The notes beneath the pieces are model-generated. The model ran no database searches. It was given only the letters and a program-made list of their open reading frames with translations, and was not told the DNA's origin. Shown piece by piece: positions 1 to 12,192 of a DNA stretch of 64,000 bases (positions within the stretch are counted from its first letter, which is position 1; the number at the start of each line of letters is the position of its first letter). This stretch comes from Octopus sinensis. Its lineage: Eukaryota. A program made the translations under genes and the position numbers. The stretch lies in assembly GCF_006345805.1 (NCBI RefSeq), contig NC_043001.1, positions 128,154,001 to 128,218,000 on the forward strand. Direction: 5' to 3'.

Positions 1-199
1 AAAATAGCAATTAAATTGCTCACAACACTTCATACAGTGTTTCTCAACCTTTTCTCCTGCACTTCTCTTTAGTTTTCAAAGAAGACTCAGCTCTGACATC
101 CTTAGTTGGACAGACCCTTGCTCTGAAGTCCAGATCCCTGTTGAAGATTTTGCCACCACCTTCCAGAGCTTGTCTAAGTTGAAGCATGTCAGTTGATTC

Positions 200-2560
200 C
201 CTAAGGGTGCTCGGACTTGTTTCACCTGAATTCTCTCAAAACTACTGAAGAATATCTGCCTATCCAACAACACCTTGGACTGGCAGAAACTGTTCCTGTT
301 CCCTTTGGTCTCCCTCCATGTGACAAATGGGAACAGTGGATCCCTCACTTCTCTGAAATGGCAGTTTGAGCTGTTTGAATCTACCCCATCCACTGTTCAT
401 TTCATGTCAATCATCTGTTCAACCCTGAACAATGGTCAACCACATAACTTAAAGAAGGTTGTTAATACCAAATTCAGCAAATATGACATTAAAGGGGCTG
501 TTCACCTTCTTTCCTCTCTGATCCCATGTACTATAGACTCCCTCAACCAACTGAAGGAGAAACATCCTCCAGCCCCTCCAGATAATCACCTACACTGGCC
601 CAACCAAGTTTTCTACAACCCATCTTCACAATTGCCATCCTGACATCTGACAATGTCAGGATGGCGATTGCCTCTTTTCCAGCAGGTTTTGGCACTGGGA
701 TCTATGGCTTATGACCTCAGCATCTTAAGGATAGAATCTCCCTGTCTGCTGGTGATGCTGGGCTCGAACTCTTGGAGAACCTAACACAGTTTATAAACTT
801 GCTCTCATCCAAGAGTGTCCTTGTCTACATTCATCCTCTGTTCTTTGGGGCCAAACTATTTGGTCTCACCAAGCCCAACAGTAATCTCTGCCCCATAACA
901 GTTGGCTGTACTCCGCAATGGCTCGTCCTCAATTTCTGACTGATTGTCCATGGAATTTTCTCCTATTCAGCTAGAAATGGGTACTAAGCTAGGTTGTGAG
1001 GCTGCTGCTCATGCCACCAGGGTTTTCACCCACTTGCCTTCTGTGTCCCCAAAAGTCTTCCTCAAACTAGACTTTAAGAATGCTTTTAATTCCCTCAGTC
1101 AAGACGTGATCTTCCGCGCAGTAAGGGAGAATTTCCCACCACTTTATCACTTTGCTTGACAAGCCTCTTTGGTGACCACCTCATCCCATCTGCCTCTGAA
1201 GTCCAACGGGCTGACCCACTTGGTCCTGCCCTATTTGCATTGTGTATTGATGATGTTATCAAGATGGGAACTAACCTAGACCTAAATGCCTGGTACCTTG
1301 ACAACGCTTGTTTGGGAAGCCCTTCTGACAAAGTACTTGCAGCTGTGAGGATGATAATTGAGAAATTTGGTCATCAAGGTCTTGACATTAACAGCTCCAA
1401 ATGCAAGCTCTGGCTCCTCAGCCATCCAGCTTCACATGAGCAGATTACTAAACTATTTGTTGACTCCTTCCCTCAATTGCAATTCCTCCTTCATCAGCAT
1501 GGTGCTCCCTTGGAGCCCTAATTACAGGCCTAGCTTTTGAGCCTATCTTTAGATCCAAAATAGCTAACCTTGAACAACTTTTAAAAACACCTTGAGGTAG
1601 TTGAGCCCCACTGAGGTTTATTCATAGTTAGGAATTACTTGTCAATTCCTAAGCTATTGTATTTTCTGAGAGTTAGTTCCTCCAATACTTTGACAACCTA
1701 ATCTTCATGAAACTGAAATGCTTGGTCAATGTCAAACTCTCCCCAAACTCCTGCAACCAAGCTGCTTTGCCCAAACGGTTTGGGGGTCTAGTTGTGCACA
1801 AGTTCTTGTCTTTATCTCTTCCCTGTTTTCTTTCCTCCATCTACACTTGCTTCCCTTTGATAAGCAACATCCTCTCCTCTCCAACATGGACTAATTCCAA
1901 CAGGGAGATGGATGAAGCTCTATTCCAGTGTAAAAAACCTGGGTTTGTCAGTTCTGGTTACAGTGGAGGATAGACAGAAAGAGAGTATGGGACAATCTTT
2001 GTTCAGGTTCCACTTTCAACTATGATCAATTTTCAAGGTGTTACTTTCTTTCAACTAGTGCAAAATTCTCAGGGGACTGAATTGATTCCCTGCCTGTAAC
2101 CAACATTGGAGCTCTACTCAGTTGAGATGAACTCCACATCTCCGTTGCACTCAGAGTGGGAGTTGACATCTGTAGGAGACTGAGATGCTGCTATGGTAAG
2201 CTCCTCGACCCCACAGGGCTTCACAGTCTGTCTTGCTGCCTAAATGCTGGTTGCTACACTTGTCACCCCGAGCTAAACCTAATTATTAAGAGGGCCTTGA
2301 CTCAGATTAATATCCCCTCAGTTCTGGAGCCGTCCAGGTTATCCAGAAGTGATGGAAAGAGACTAGATGGTCTTACCTTCTGTCCCTGGGCTAGAGGTAG
2401 GTGCCTCATTTGGGATATCACAGTCTGTAACTCCTTTGCTCCCTCCCATGTTCAGGATGCTGCAGTTAATAGAAGGGTCACTGCTTCCATAGCCAAACAA
2501 GAAAACCTTGATGCATTGCGACCTGATTTAGCAGTCATCATGGTAACTGGTTGGAAAAAA
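200..2560 (+). mobile_element. Degenerate RLE-type non-LTR retrotransposon, CRE-clade-like (RT plus restriction-like endonuclease), many stops and frameshifts
   Basis: ORF fragments carry RT motifs LKLDFKNAFNSL (944-1159), EVQRADPLGPALF and WYLDN (1156-1521). C-terminal fragment 2156-2569 reads HSLSC..H..LN.IIKRAL..EP..L.RSDGKRLDGLT..PW..G..L.WD.TV, the CCHC/PD-(D/E)xK region typical of CRE-like elements. Clade assigned from motif memory, not a search. Confidence 0.75.
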
Positions 2561-2564
2561 ATGC

Positions 2565-2985
2565 TTTGACTGGAGAGGTGGAAAGAAGGGGAGATAATAA
2601 AGTATTGATGATCCCAAAACAAAGGTGTGTGTGTATGTGAGAATGTGTAAGTGTGTATGTGTGGATAGGGGCTAGTGACTTTGATGTGTGTGGGTGTGTT
2701 GATGATGGTGTGTGGGTGTGGGTACTGGGAAGTGGTCAGTGATAGTGTGTGTGGAGTGATGTGGGTGTGTGGGGGTGATGTGGTGTAGGTGTGGATAGGT
2801 GTTGGGGATTGGGTGGGGTGTGGGAGATGGAGTGCATGGGGAGTGGGTGGTATCAATGAAGAGAGAAGATGGGTAGGAGTGAAGAGAGGAGAGGAGAGGC
2901 AGGTAGGAGTGAAGGGAGGAAGTAGGTGTCACATGAAGAAAGGAGAGGAGGGGAGTTGAGCCCATGTGACACAAAGGAGCAAAGA
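2565..2985. repeat. Low-complexity (GT)/(GGT)/(GA)-rich tract
   Basis: Directly visible; accounts for spurious ORFs 2452-2856 and 2672-2974. Confidence 0.85.
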
Positions 2986-2999
2986 GAGAAGATTAATCC

Positions 3000-3460
3000 C
3001 TGTTCACAATGAAGGCAGGAGTCCAGATGGCCCCTGTGCAAAGACAATCTGAACACAAAAGATGTTCAATGGTGACAAGAGTAGCAACACCTACAACAGC
3101 AACAGGTACAGCACACGCCCACAGAAATACGTGGGATGTACTGAGAATTCTCTCAAGCAATGTCTTTCCAACCATTTGTCCTCCTTCAGAGTTCTGCAAA
3201 GGAGATACAGAATATCGCTGGCCAGTCACAGCTGGCAACTAAGACATGATAGTATACCATACTTGATCTTATGGAAAATATGCAAAAACCCAGGCCCCTA
3301 CATCAACGGGGTGAAGCATTGCAAGTTATGCATTGCTGAATGCGTGAGACTCCTCAAAGACTTGCTCGAACCAGGAAGCATCCTTAACTCCAGAACGAAG
3401 ATTTTCGGGCCATGTTTATGTTTTAGGAGATACCTCACCTGTTTCCATACAAATAAATTA
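3000..3460 (+). mobile_element. Penelope-like element GIY-YIG endonuclease remnant
   Basis: ORF 3062-3502: KYVGCTENSLKQCLSNHLSSF...LASHSWQL...Y.ILWKI...Y......CKLCIAE......LNSR matches the GIY-YIG C-terminus of Penelope-like elements. Confidence 0.75.
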
Positions 3461-3828
3461 TTCATCTTTCTCCACTTTCTCCCTTTCAATATATATACAT
3501 AATATGATGGGGATTAGTTCACTGGGGATTAAAATATATTGGTGTGCTGAGTAAATGCTATAATTAGTCAGCTATTAGGTTTCAGTTTCACAGCTGAGGC
3601 TTCCATGTTTGTAGGTATATATTAAAGGAAAAGACTACAAAAACCAAGGCAAGACAAGTATCTCAAGTCATTTATAATAATCTAATTAGGGTAAGGTGAA
3701 TTTGAAATCTTACAGCTATTTCTAGGATATCTCAAGTGATAGGTTAGCATGTCCGTACACTGGGTATTCAGCCATCAAAGATAAGGTGAGTATGTATAAA
3801 AGTTCTTCACAGAGAAATTCACAGTTTA

Positions 3829-5298
3829 TCTCCATATATATATATATATATATATATAAAATTTTTTGTCTGTCTGTCTATCTGTTTGTTCCCTATGCAA
3901 TCTCAAATGGCTCCACCAAATCAAATCAAATTTTACAAGGTAATAGTATTACACCTCGCAAGTATCAACATGTAATATTTTTTTACATTTCGATTGATAC
4001 AATGTAACATTTTCTCGAAAATAATCTTTCTATAGTCAACTATAGTAAATGACATTTTATACCACAGTGATGATGAGGACGATGATGTCACATTTTGTGT
4101 ATGAGTGTGCATCTGTCTGTCAGTTTGTGTGTTTGCACGTTCATTACATACAACATAGTAAAGGACATTTAATATCATGACAATGATGATACATTTTGGA
4201 TATGAGTATGTATGTGTCTGTGAGTGTGTGTGTTTGCATGTTCGATATGTATGAGATAGTAGAAGACATTTTATACCACCACCATCACCACCACAACCAC
4301 CATGACACATTTTGTATATGAGTGTATATGTGTCCGTAAGTGTGTGTGTGTGTTTGTGTGTTCGTTACAGTAAAGGATATTTTATATCATCACCACCACA
4401 ACACATTTTGTATATGAGTGTGTATGTATCTGTGAGTGTATGTTTGTGTGTTTGTTACGTAAATGTATGTCTGTGCATGTCTGTCTTACTATATGTACGT
4501 GTGTGTGAGTGTATGTGTGATTGTCAATTACACTGCTGTAAACTGGCTTTGTGAAAGAGTTATACTGGCTCCGACTAATGAAATGGTTGATAGACTCAAT
4601 CATGAACTTCTTCAAAACTTAACAGATACATCAGAAATGACTTTTCCATCAATTCACACAACAGTTGATCAAGATTAGGTTGTTCAATACCCTGTTGAAT
4701 TTCTGAACACACTTAAACCCACTGGGATGCCACAGCATAACTTGACACTAAAACTGAATGCTCCCATTCTGTTGCTTAAGAATCTTGACCCACCTCACCC
4801 ATGTAATGGAACTCGCTTAATTTTTAATTCCATGAAGCCTCATATCCTACAGGCAACAATTATAACAGTCACAAAGAAAACGTCTTTATTTCAAAATTTC
4901 CTCTCTTACCTACAAATGTTCCATTTCAATTTAAGATGCTTCAATTTCCAGCCAAACTAAGTTTTGGCATTTCAATTAACAAATCTCAGGGTCAGCCCCT
5001 CAAGGTAGTTTTATTTCATCTCTCTACTACATTCTTCTCCCATGGTGAACTTTATGTTGGTTGATCATGAGTTGGACTCCAACAAAAAATTACACAATAA
5101 ATATTGTTTATCCTAAGATGCTTCAAGATTGACAGATTTTCAGGTCTAAATTCTATTATCATTACAATTTGGTTATTTTGCAATAAAATATAGATATTTT
5201 GAAATAATTATGAGAAAAAAAATATATCTTCATATTTATTGTTTACTAATCTCAATAAGAACAGCAATAACCCTGGCAGCACCAGGTAATTCAAATAG
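3829..5298 (+). mobile_element. Internally deleted Helitron with PIF1-type helicase C-terminal remnant
   Basis: 4535-5110 encodes ERVILAPTNEMVDRLN, YPVEFLNTL.PTGMPQHNLTLKLNAPILLLKNLDPP..CNGTRL, SINKSQGQ and FSHGELYV across frameshifts. 3' hairpin CCTGG-cagca-CCAGG (5272-5286) precedes a decayed CTAG-like end. A putative A|TC 5' end lies at 3829 (less certain). Confidence 0.8.
4045..4500 (+). repeat. Degenerate ~110-bp minisatellite (about 4 units) inside the Helitron
   Basis: Units start GACATTTTATACC-like at about 4050, 4163, 4265 and 4376. Confidence 0.6.
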
Positions 5299-5874
5299 TT
5301 AGGAATAAAATAGAAGAATAAAGAGTAAAAGTAGATAAAAGAATACAAAGAGGAGAATAAAGTTCACAGTTCATCTTTTCCAGAGGCTATGGAGGTTGGT
5401 CCCGTACTTCCATGAATGATATGTTCATGTTGAAGTAATGGATTAAGTGGTTAGGGAGTATGTAAATGGTTCACCTAGGTATATAGAGTGAGAAAGACAG
5501 ACATCAAGATAGAGAGAAGAGTGTTGTGAGTGAGTGGATAGAAGAGAGAGGAGAAAGAGAGAAAAGAAGGAAAAAAGAGAGAAAAGAGGAATGGGATATA
5601 TGTAGGGAAAGAATGAATGAGAGCAAAAGTAAAGTAAAATAAAAAATAAAAATAAGAAATAAAAATCAAAAGGATAAAGATAAAGATAAGATGCCAGTAT
5701 AATTCTTCCTATGTGTTGGTTTGGGGTGAGAGGTCAGGCATTAAGGTTTTGGTAAAGTGTAGGAGGAAGGGATTTATGTCTATTAACTTAAATAGATGAA
5801 ATCTAGGTTAAGTGTGGTCAGTGGTCAGTAGAGGATAGCTAAAAATACATGCCTAGCTTAAGGGGTATATATAT

Positions 5875-6100
5875 ATTTCTTTACTACCCACAAGGGGCTA
5901 AACATAGAGGGGACAAACAAGGACAGACAAAGGGATTAAGTCGATTACATCGACCCAGTGGGAAACTGGTACTTTATTTTTCGACCTCGAGAGGATGAAA
6001 GGCAAAGTCGACCTCGGCGGAATTTGAACTCGGAACGTAACGACAGACAAAATACCGCTAAGCATTTCGCCCGGCATGCTAACGTTTCTGCCAGCTCGCC
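5875..6100 (-). mobile_element. tRNA-derived SINE, family B
   Basis: Reverse complement of the element at 52878-53108; B-box GTTCAAATTCC and core CTTTCATCCTyTCGrGGTCG. Confidence 0.85.
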
Positions 6101-6687
6101 ATAGGATAAAACTACAATTAAATGGATAAAGTATGCAAATTAAAGAATTAAAATTTAAAAGTTAAAATTTTAAATTAAAAATTAAAAAATTTAAAAACTG
6201 TGTGTGTATGTGTGTGTGTGTATAATTAATTAGTTACATGTTAAATGAAATGATGCTGAAAATTGCTAAAAAAAAAATGAAATAGTGTTATACATGATTG
6301 CCTACAGCTAGAAGTTGTAAGAATTGTATAATAGATGAACAAAAAAAAAAAGAATTAAATATGCATTTTCTTCCTAAATTTTAAATTCAAATGTCTCATT
6401 CTGTCTCGTTGCAGTAGGATAGTTATCTCCCTTGTAGTAACAGTCATAGCTAGAAGGTATCACAAGCACACATATACAGGAGGAAAAGACAAAGTTTATC
6501 TTGATAGCATTTAAACTGAGGGGGAGGTGGAAAATATACTGTGAGGCAGTCTATCCAACACTCTGATAACTACTGATTTGTTGTCATTAAAAATCTACAC
6601 ATTCAAGGACTGTGTAGATAGATAAACAGACAGATAGGTAGATAGAAAGATCAATAGATGGAGAGAGAGAGATACATAGGGAAAAAC

Positions 6688-6730
<43 letters not shown>

Positions 6731-6734
<4 letters not shown>

Positions 6735-7056
6735 AATTGAGATAGGGGTTGCAAATTCAACCCTCCATGGGATAACATATATCCAATATACTGCTAGTGA
6801 AGTACCAACAAAGTTAATACATAAATGTTAAGAATTGCGATGCAATTAATTCATTTACTGTATTACATGGGCAAAGGTAAAATTATTTTTACCATAAATT
6901 AATAATACAAAATAAGAAAATGGAGAAATACATCTAAATCATTTATCAACTACCAGATAATACCCAATCACATACTTTATTAAACCAAGTATGTGATTGG
7001 GTATTATCTGGTAGTTGATAAATGATTTCGATGTATTTCTCCATTTTCTTATTTTG

Positions 7057-7114
<58 letters not shown>

Positions 7115-7442
7115 CAAATTGAGATAGGGATTGCAAATTCAACCCTCCATGGGATAACATATATCCAATATACTGCTAGTGAAGTACCCAACAAAGTTAA
7201 TACATAAATGTTAAGAATTGCGATGCAATTAATTCATTTACTGTATTACATGGGCAAAGGTAAAATTATTTTTACCATAAATTAATAATACAAAATAAGA
7301 AAATGGAGAAATACATCTAAATCATTTATCAACTACCAGATAATACCCAATCACATACTTTATTAAACCAAGTATGTGATTGGGTATTATCTGGTAGTTG
7401 ATAAATGATTTCGATGTATTTCTCCATTTTCTTATTTTGTAT
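6731..7442. repeat. Near-identical tandem duplication (~330-bp unit, two copies separated by (TA)n), each with a ~73-bp hairpin
   Basis: Copies start TACAAATTGAGATAGGG at 6731 and 7113. Hairpins at 6905-7059 and about 7287-7442 have a 9-nt loop. Confidence 0.9.
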
Positions 7443-7444
7443 AT

Positions 7445-7493
<49 letters not shown>

Positions 7494-7619
7494 TATATAA
7501 AGGCAGTCAAAGACCATTAATTTCTATTTTCTACAAATAAGACTCCACATACGACATATCCCTGTAATTCACATATGCAAAACAGAAGGAAGAAATAACG
7601 GAAACAAAGTCTAACAGTT

Positions 7620-7688
7620 ATTTACAAACGCGTTTCTGGATTAGGAATATAATAAAATATCAATTCCATGTCCTTCGTCAGCGTAAAC
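7620..7688 (-). ncRNA. Hammerhead-ribozyme-like motif (type I, Penelope-type), imperfect
   Basis: Minus strand: GTTTACG-CTGACGA-A-GGA..30 nt..TCC-A-GAAA-CGCG-TT-TGTAAAT. Stem I closes with G-U pairs and there is an A.A mismatch at the base of stem II. Confidence 0.45.
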
Positions 7689-7770
7689 TTCCACTAAAAT
7701 AGATTTATCAAATGCTACGTACCTCCACTTCTCGATCAGGCGACATCGAAATAGTATTTATATACAAAAT

Positions 7771-8063
7771 ATTGCAGCGTGGAAGGTGTTTGTAAGCCAT
7801 TTAAGAAACACACAAAAGCCGTTTGATTCACTTCAACATTCAAGTTTAATTTGTCAAAATATTTTCGTCACTATAAGACCGTGACCTGTTCACTGACAAA
7901 AATCCGTGCTGGATCACAGAGATGCAGTACGGATTTTTGTCAGTGAACAGGTCACGGTCGTAAAACAATGAAAATATTTTGACAAATTAAACTTAAACGT
8001 TGAAGTGAATCAAACGGCTTTTGTGTTTCTTAAATGGCTTACAAACACCTTCCACGCTGCAAT
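7771..8063. repeat. Foldback element with ~140-bp inverted arms
   Basis: ATTGCAGCGTGGAAGGTGTTTGTAAGCC... mirrors ...GGCTTACAAACACCTTCCACGCTGCAAT; short central loop near 7912-7925. Confidence 0.9.
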
Positions 8064-8271
8064 TGTTTTCGTTCCAGCACACGATCTCAGATCAAATCAC
8101 TTGCTATGCAAGTACATCTCCGAAATACAAAATATTATTTATATACAAAATATATATTGAACTTTTATAGAAGTTCCTACCGTTAATGGTTATATTTACA
8201 TGCCAAAATCTACCAGTAAATAATTGTTGGTTTTTTAAAAACCCATTAAAGCTAATATTTTACTCTTATTA

Positions 8272-8669
8272 GGTGCAGGAGTGGCTGTGTGGTAAGTAGC
8301 TTGTCTACCAACCACATGGTTCCGGGTTCAGTCCCACTGCGTGGCATCTTGGGCAAGTGTCTTCTACTATAGCCTCGGGCTGACCAAAGCCTTGTGAGTG
8401 GATTTGGTAGACGGAAACTGAAAGAAGCCTGTCGTATATATGTATATATATATGTATGCCTGTGTGTGTTTGTGTGTGTGTTTGTCCCCCTAGCATTGCT
8501 TGACAACCGATGCTGGTGTGTTTATGTACCCGTTACTTAACGTTTCGGCAAAAGAGACCGATAGAATAAGTACTGGGCTTACAAAAGAATAAGTCCCGGG
8601 GTCGATTTGCTCGACTAAAGGTGGTGCTCCAGCATGGCCGCAGTCAAATGACTGAAACAAGTAAAAGAG

Positions 8670-8671
<2 letters not shown>
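8272..8671 (+). mobile_element. tRNA-derived SINE, family A (head + central (TA)/(TG) run + tail ending AAAAGAGT)
   Basis: A-box-like TGGCTGTGTGG, B-box-like GGTTCAGTCCC, CORE-like CTTGGGCAAG; many copies in the window. Confidence 0.85.
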
Positions 8672-8708
<37 letters not shown>

Positions 8709-8970
8709 CTCACTACCATGCAGGAACTCACATTTTATACATAGAAAAGTATCATCATTGTTATCAACAGTTGTTTTTTTCCTATTTATATGAAAAGTAG
8801 ACAATATATAAATGAAAGAATAAAAAATACGTGGTCCTGCATAATAGTGATGCATAGGGTTTTAATGCAGAAAATCTGTGACGGTTGGAAAGAAATGTAT
8901 TAATTTTCACTAGTAGAATGTGTAACATCAATATAAATGTAAGCCAGAGCACCAGTAATCCGAGGATTAA

Positions 8971-9190
8971 CCCTTTAGCATTCAGATTATTCTGTAAAAT
9001 GTAAAGCTTATGTATTCACATCATGTAAAATTCATCTTGCATCATTTCATGGCTTTGAGATTTCAATGATGTGATTGTTTATTTTTAAAATGACACAATA
9101 AGATAGCTATGAATGATTATATCTGACTAGTTTGAACATAAAATAGGTAGAATATTTTAGCCGGATATGGCTGGTTTAAACACTAAAGGG
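8971..9190. mobile_element. piggyBac-like MITE (TTAA TSD), family P1
   Basis: TTAA|CCCTTTAG...CTAAAGGG|TTAA; reverse-complement relative of 9917-10137. Confidence 0.8.
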
Positions 9191-9916
9191 TTAAAGATAC
9201 TTCTTTATATATTCAGAGAATATTAACTCTTTTACTGTGGAAATCAGATGTAACTGCTCAAAATTTTATTACTCTTAACTACAAAAAGCAGTTTTATATA
9301 CCAATCTATCTTTTGTTGAGAAATGTTTTGTTTGAAGCTATTTTATGAGATATGTCAAGTTAATCGAGGCCATGTGATATGCAGAAAATACCAAATCTAT
9401 TTATCTTTATAGATATTTAATATCATTTACTGTAGTAACTATGAAATTTAAATTTCACAGTGAAAGGATCAATATGCTGCTATGTACATGCAGTGTGAAG
9501 GGACGATGAGGATGAGTGCTAGGTGAAATAGTGTTATGTGCTGACAATAGAAGAGAAAAAGGCAGAAGACATATGCATTCATAAAGACATATAAAAAGAA
9601 GAGCAACATCAAATCACAAGATGTGTTATTATACTAGTATGAGAGGATTGGCAACAAGCTGTGCTGTAGACATGTTGGACCTATGTCAGCATGGAAACAT
9701 TGATGTTAAAGCAAGGTTTATGAAAATGATAGTATTTATAACAGGAATATGTTATCTGATGAATTGATGTGATAAATCAAGTGATTTACAGTGTCAAGCA
9801 TCAATGAATAATCAGCTTTGTTGACAGTAGGAAGGAAGGAATGGAAGTTGTAGCTTTCATATTTTTTCTTTTGAGTATTAATGAAATAAGCTAATTAGTC
9901 ATGATCAAGAATTTAA

Positions 9917-10137
9917 CCCTTTAGCATTTAAACCGGCCATATCTGGCCAAAAATACTCTACCTGTTTTATGTTCAAACTAACCCTATCTGGTCTCTTACA
10001 CCAACCCTACAATATCGTTTTAAAAATTAACAGCTACCTCATCAAAATCTCATAGCTACAAGATAATGCATGATTAGTTCAAAACAATGTGGATGAAGAA
10101 GCATTAATTTTGGCTGAATAATGCGGACACTAAAGGG
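9917..10137. mobile_element. piggyBac-like MITE (TTAA TSD), family P1
   Basis: TTAA|CCCTTTAG...CTAAAGGG|TTAA, 221 bp. Confidence 0.8.
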
Positions 10138-10321
10138 TTAACCTAAATTCCTTGATTAACTAAAAGCTTACCTGAAGCACAGCAATCATTCTCTCACCCC
10201 ATATAAATATGTACATGGATGGGGGGGGGGGTGTATGTATGTATGTATGCATGTATATTGCATATGCACACATGCATACATGTGTATATATTATGCATAC
10301 ACACACACATAAATATATATG

Positions 10322-10595
10322 TGTATAGAAATTAAATATAAAATATAAATTACAAAGTGGGACAAGAACGCAAAAACACACAAAGAGACGATACAAAAAA
10401 AACAGACGGGTCACTCGAAGCCTCTAATCTTCAGTCGGAACCGGATCATCTTAGCAATTTCGGCTGAGATCATCCGGTTCCGACTGAAGATTAGAGGCTT
10501 CGAGTGACCCGTCTGTTTTTTTTGTATCGTCTCTTTGTGTGTTTTTGCGTTCTTGTCCCACTTTGTAATTTATATTTTATATTTAATTTTATACA
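10322..10595. repeat. Near-perfect ~134-bp-stem palindrome (7-nt loop at 10456-10462)
   Basis: Arms are directly complementary; produces the twin ORFs 10160-10414(-) and 10504-10728(+). Confidence 0.92.
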
Positions 10596-10798
10596 TATAT
10601 TATTGCGGCGTAACGTACCCCTATCTCCTATGTATGTGTATATATGTATCTGTAATAAAAGAAGGGATAGACTAGATCAAGGCAAGAAATATAAATTCTT
10701 CCACATTAGGCATGATTTTTCATGTTGAAATGTCTATTTAGTTGAAAGTCCTTGATCTGTAGCAAACATTCGGTAAATGTAAACATGGAAGTTAAATA

Positions 10799-11056
10799 TC
10801 AGTCTGGCACTTGACACTTGTCTTTACATTCTGCATTATTTTCGGCATCTACAATATTATACTGCCCTTCTTCAGGAATATAAATACTATTTGTATTCTC
10901 TGATGCCAAATTATTGCCAGTGTTAAGGCCATTTTTCTTCCCTGGGTCATCTTTCTGGAAAACTGAGAGAATTCTTTGGTATCTTACTTCCGTAGAATCC
11001 CTTTCTTTTGGAAAGTCAGGTAGGGGCCGCCTTAGCATATCAATGGAACATTTTCT
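10799..11056 (-). CDS. Host membrane-protein gene, terminal coding exon (cytoplasmic tail RKCSIDMLRRPLPDFP...CQVPD*)
   Basis: Long polypyrimidine acceptor ttttcttctttctttcccttttatttacag|; phase 0 matches the upstream donor; open to TGA at 10801-10799; non-repetitive sequence. Confidence 0.8.
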   Translation of the reverse strand, partial: RKCSIDMLRRPLPDFPKERDSTEVRYQRILSVFQKDDPGKKNGLNTGNNLASENTNSIYIPEEGQYNIVDAENNAECKDKCQVPD

Positions 11057-11266
11057 CTGTAAATAAAAGGGAAAGAAAGAAGAAAACATCAAAATTTAAT
11101 CATGGTAGAGTCAGTGTTGGTATTAAAAACATACATAGACAGTTGTATTCACTTCATTTGTTTAGTGTTTTACATGTTTCAGTTATTGGACTGCAGCCAT
11201 GCTGGAGCTATTGTCTTGAAGAAGTTTTTAATCTATCAAATCAACCCCAGAACTTATTCTTGTATT

Positions 11267-11560
11267 CAGTGGCGGACTGGGTCTAAAAACATTGGTTGCC
11301 AGGAGACTAAGGGGACCCACCTGCAACAACAATGCTATCATTTAATTTAATTTTTTTTGTTAAAAGTATTCTTTTCAACTGTCTACAAACACAGCCAGGC
11401 TGAAATAATTAATGCATTCTTCCAGGAGTGAATAAAAAAATTCTCAAACTTGAGGGAATGGGCCCCTTAGATACTAACATGGCCCCCTATATATGGATTC
11501 TAATGGTGCAGGGGCCCACTTGCCATTGGGCCAGCTGGCAACCTGGCTAGTCTGCCACTG
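11267..11560. mobile_element. hAT-type MITE with 8-bp TSD CTTGTATT
   Basis: TIRs CAGTGGCGGACTGG / CTAGTCTGCCACTG; identical 8-mers at 11259-11266 and 11561-11568. Confidence 0.88.
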
Positions 11561-11791
11561 CTTGTATTCATTCTGTGGGTGTCTCATTTGCTGAACTACT
11601 AAGTTAAGAGGATATAAACAAACCTAAATCAGTTGTCAACTGGAGAGAGAGACAAACGTATATATCTGTACATATGCAAACACACACGCACACATGCACA
11701 CACACATATACACATACAGATATATATATATAGATATATATAAGTTCAGCAAAACAATTTAGATTCAAATGAATATGGTACAAATGAATAT

Positions 11792-11860
<69 letters not shown>

Positions 11861-11974
11861 CCAAAGAATCCATTACTAATCACAGCTAAAATCACAGCTA
11901 TAATCCATAACATGCCAACTTCAAATCATACAACACCTCACTACTTTAACCCATTCATATTCTCCCTTCTCTGT

Positions 11975-12192
11975 TTTTTTCTTCTTCTTCCTCTTCTTCT
12001 TCATCATCATCATCATCATCATCGTCATCATAATCATCACCACCATCACCATCATCGTCATCTTCTCCTTCTCCTTCTTCTTCTTCTTCTTCTTCATCAT
12101 CATCATCATCAACATCGTCATCTTCTTCTTCTTCTTCTTCTTCTTCTTCTTCTTCTTCTTCTTCTTCTTCTTCTTCTTCTTCTTCTTCTTCT
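11975..12192. repeat. Compound (CTT)n/(CAT)n microsatellite
   Basis: Directly visible; explains poly-H/L/K ORFs. Confidence 0.95.

Noticed and set aside
8272-8345. tRNA genes at SINE heads
   Set aside because: A/B-box-like motifs only; no cloverleaf, and they are followed by SINE body and tail.
10430-10500. Hammerhead at the centre of the 3'-UTR palindrome (CTGAAGA and CGAAA present)
   Set aside because: Core elements are in the wrong order and spacing to close stems II and III within this copy.
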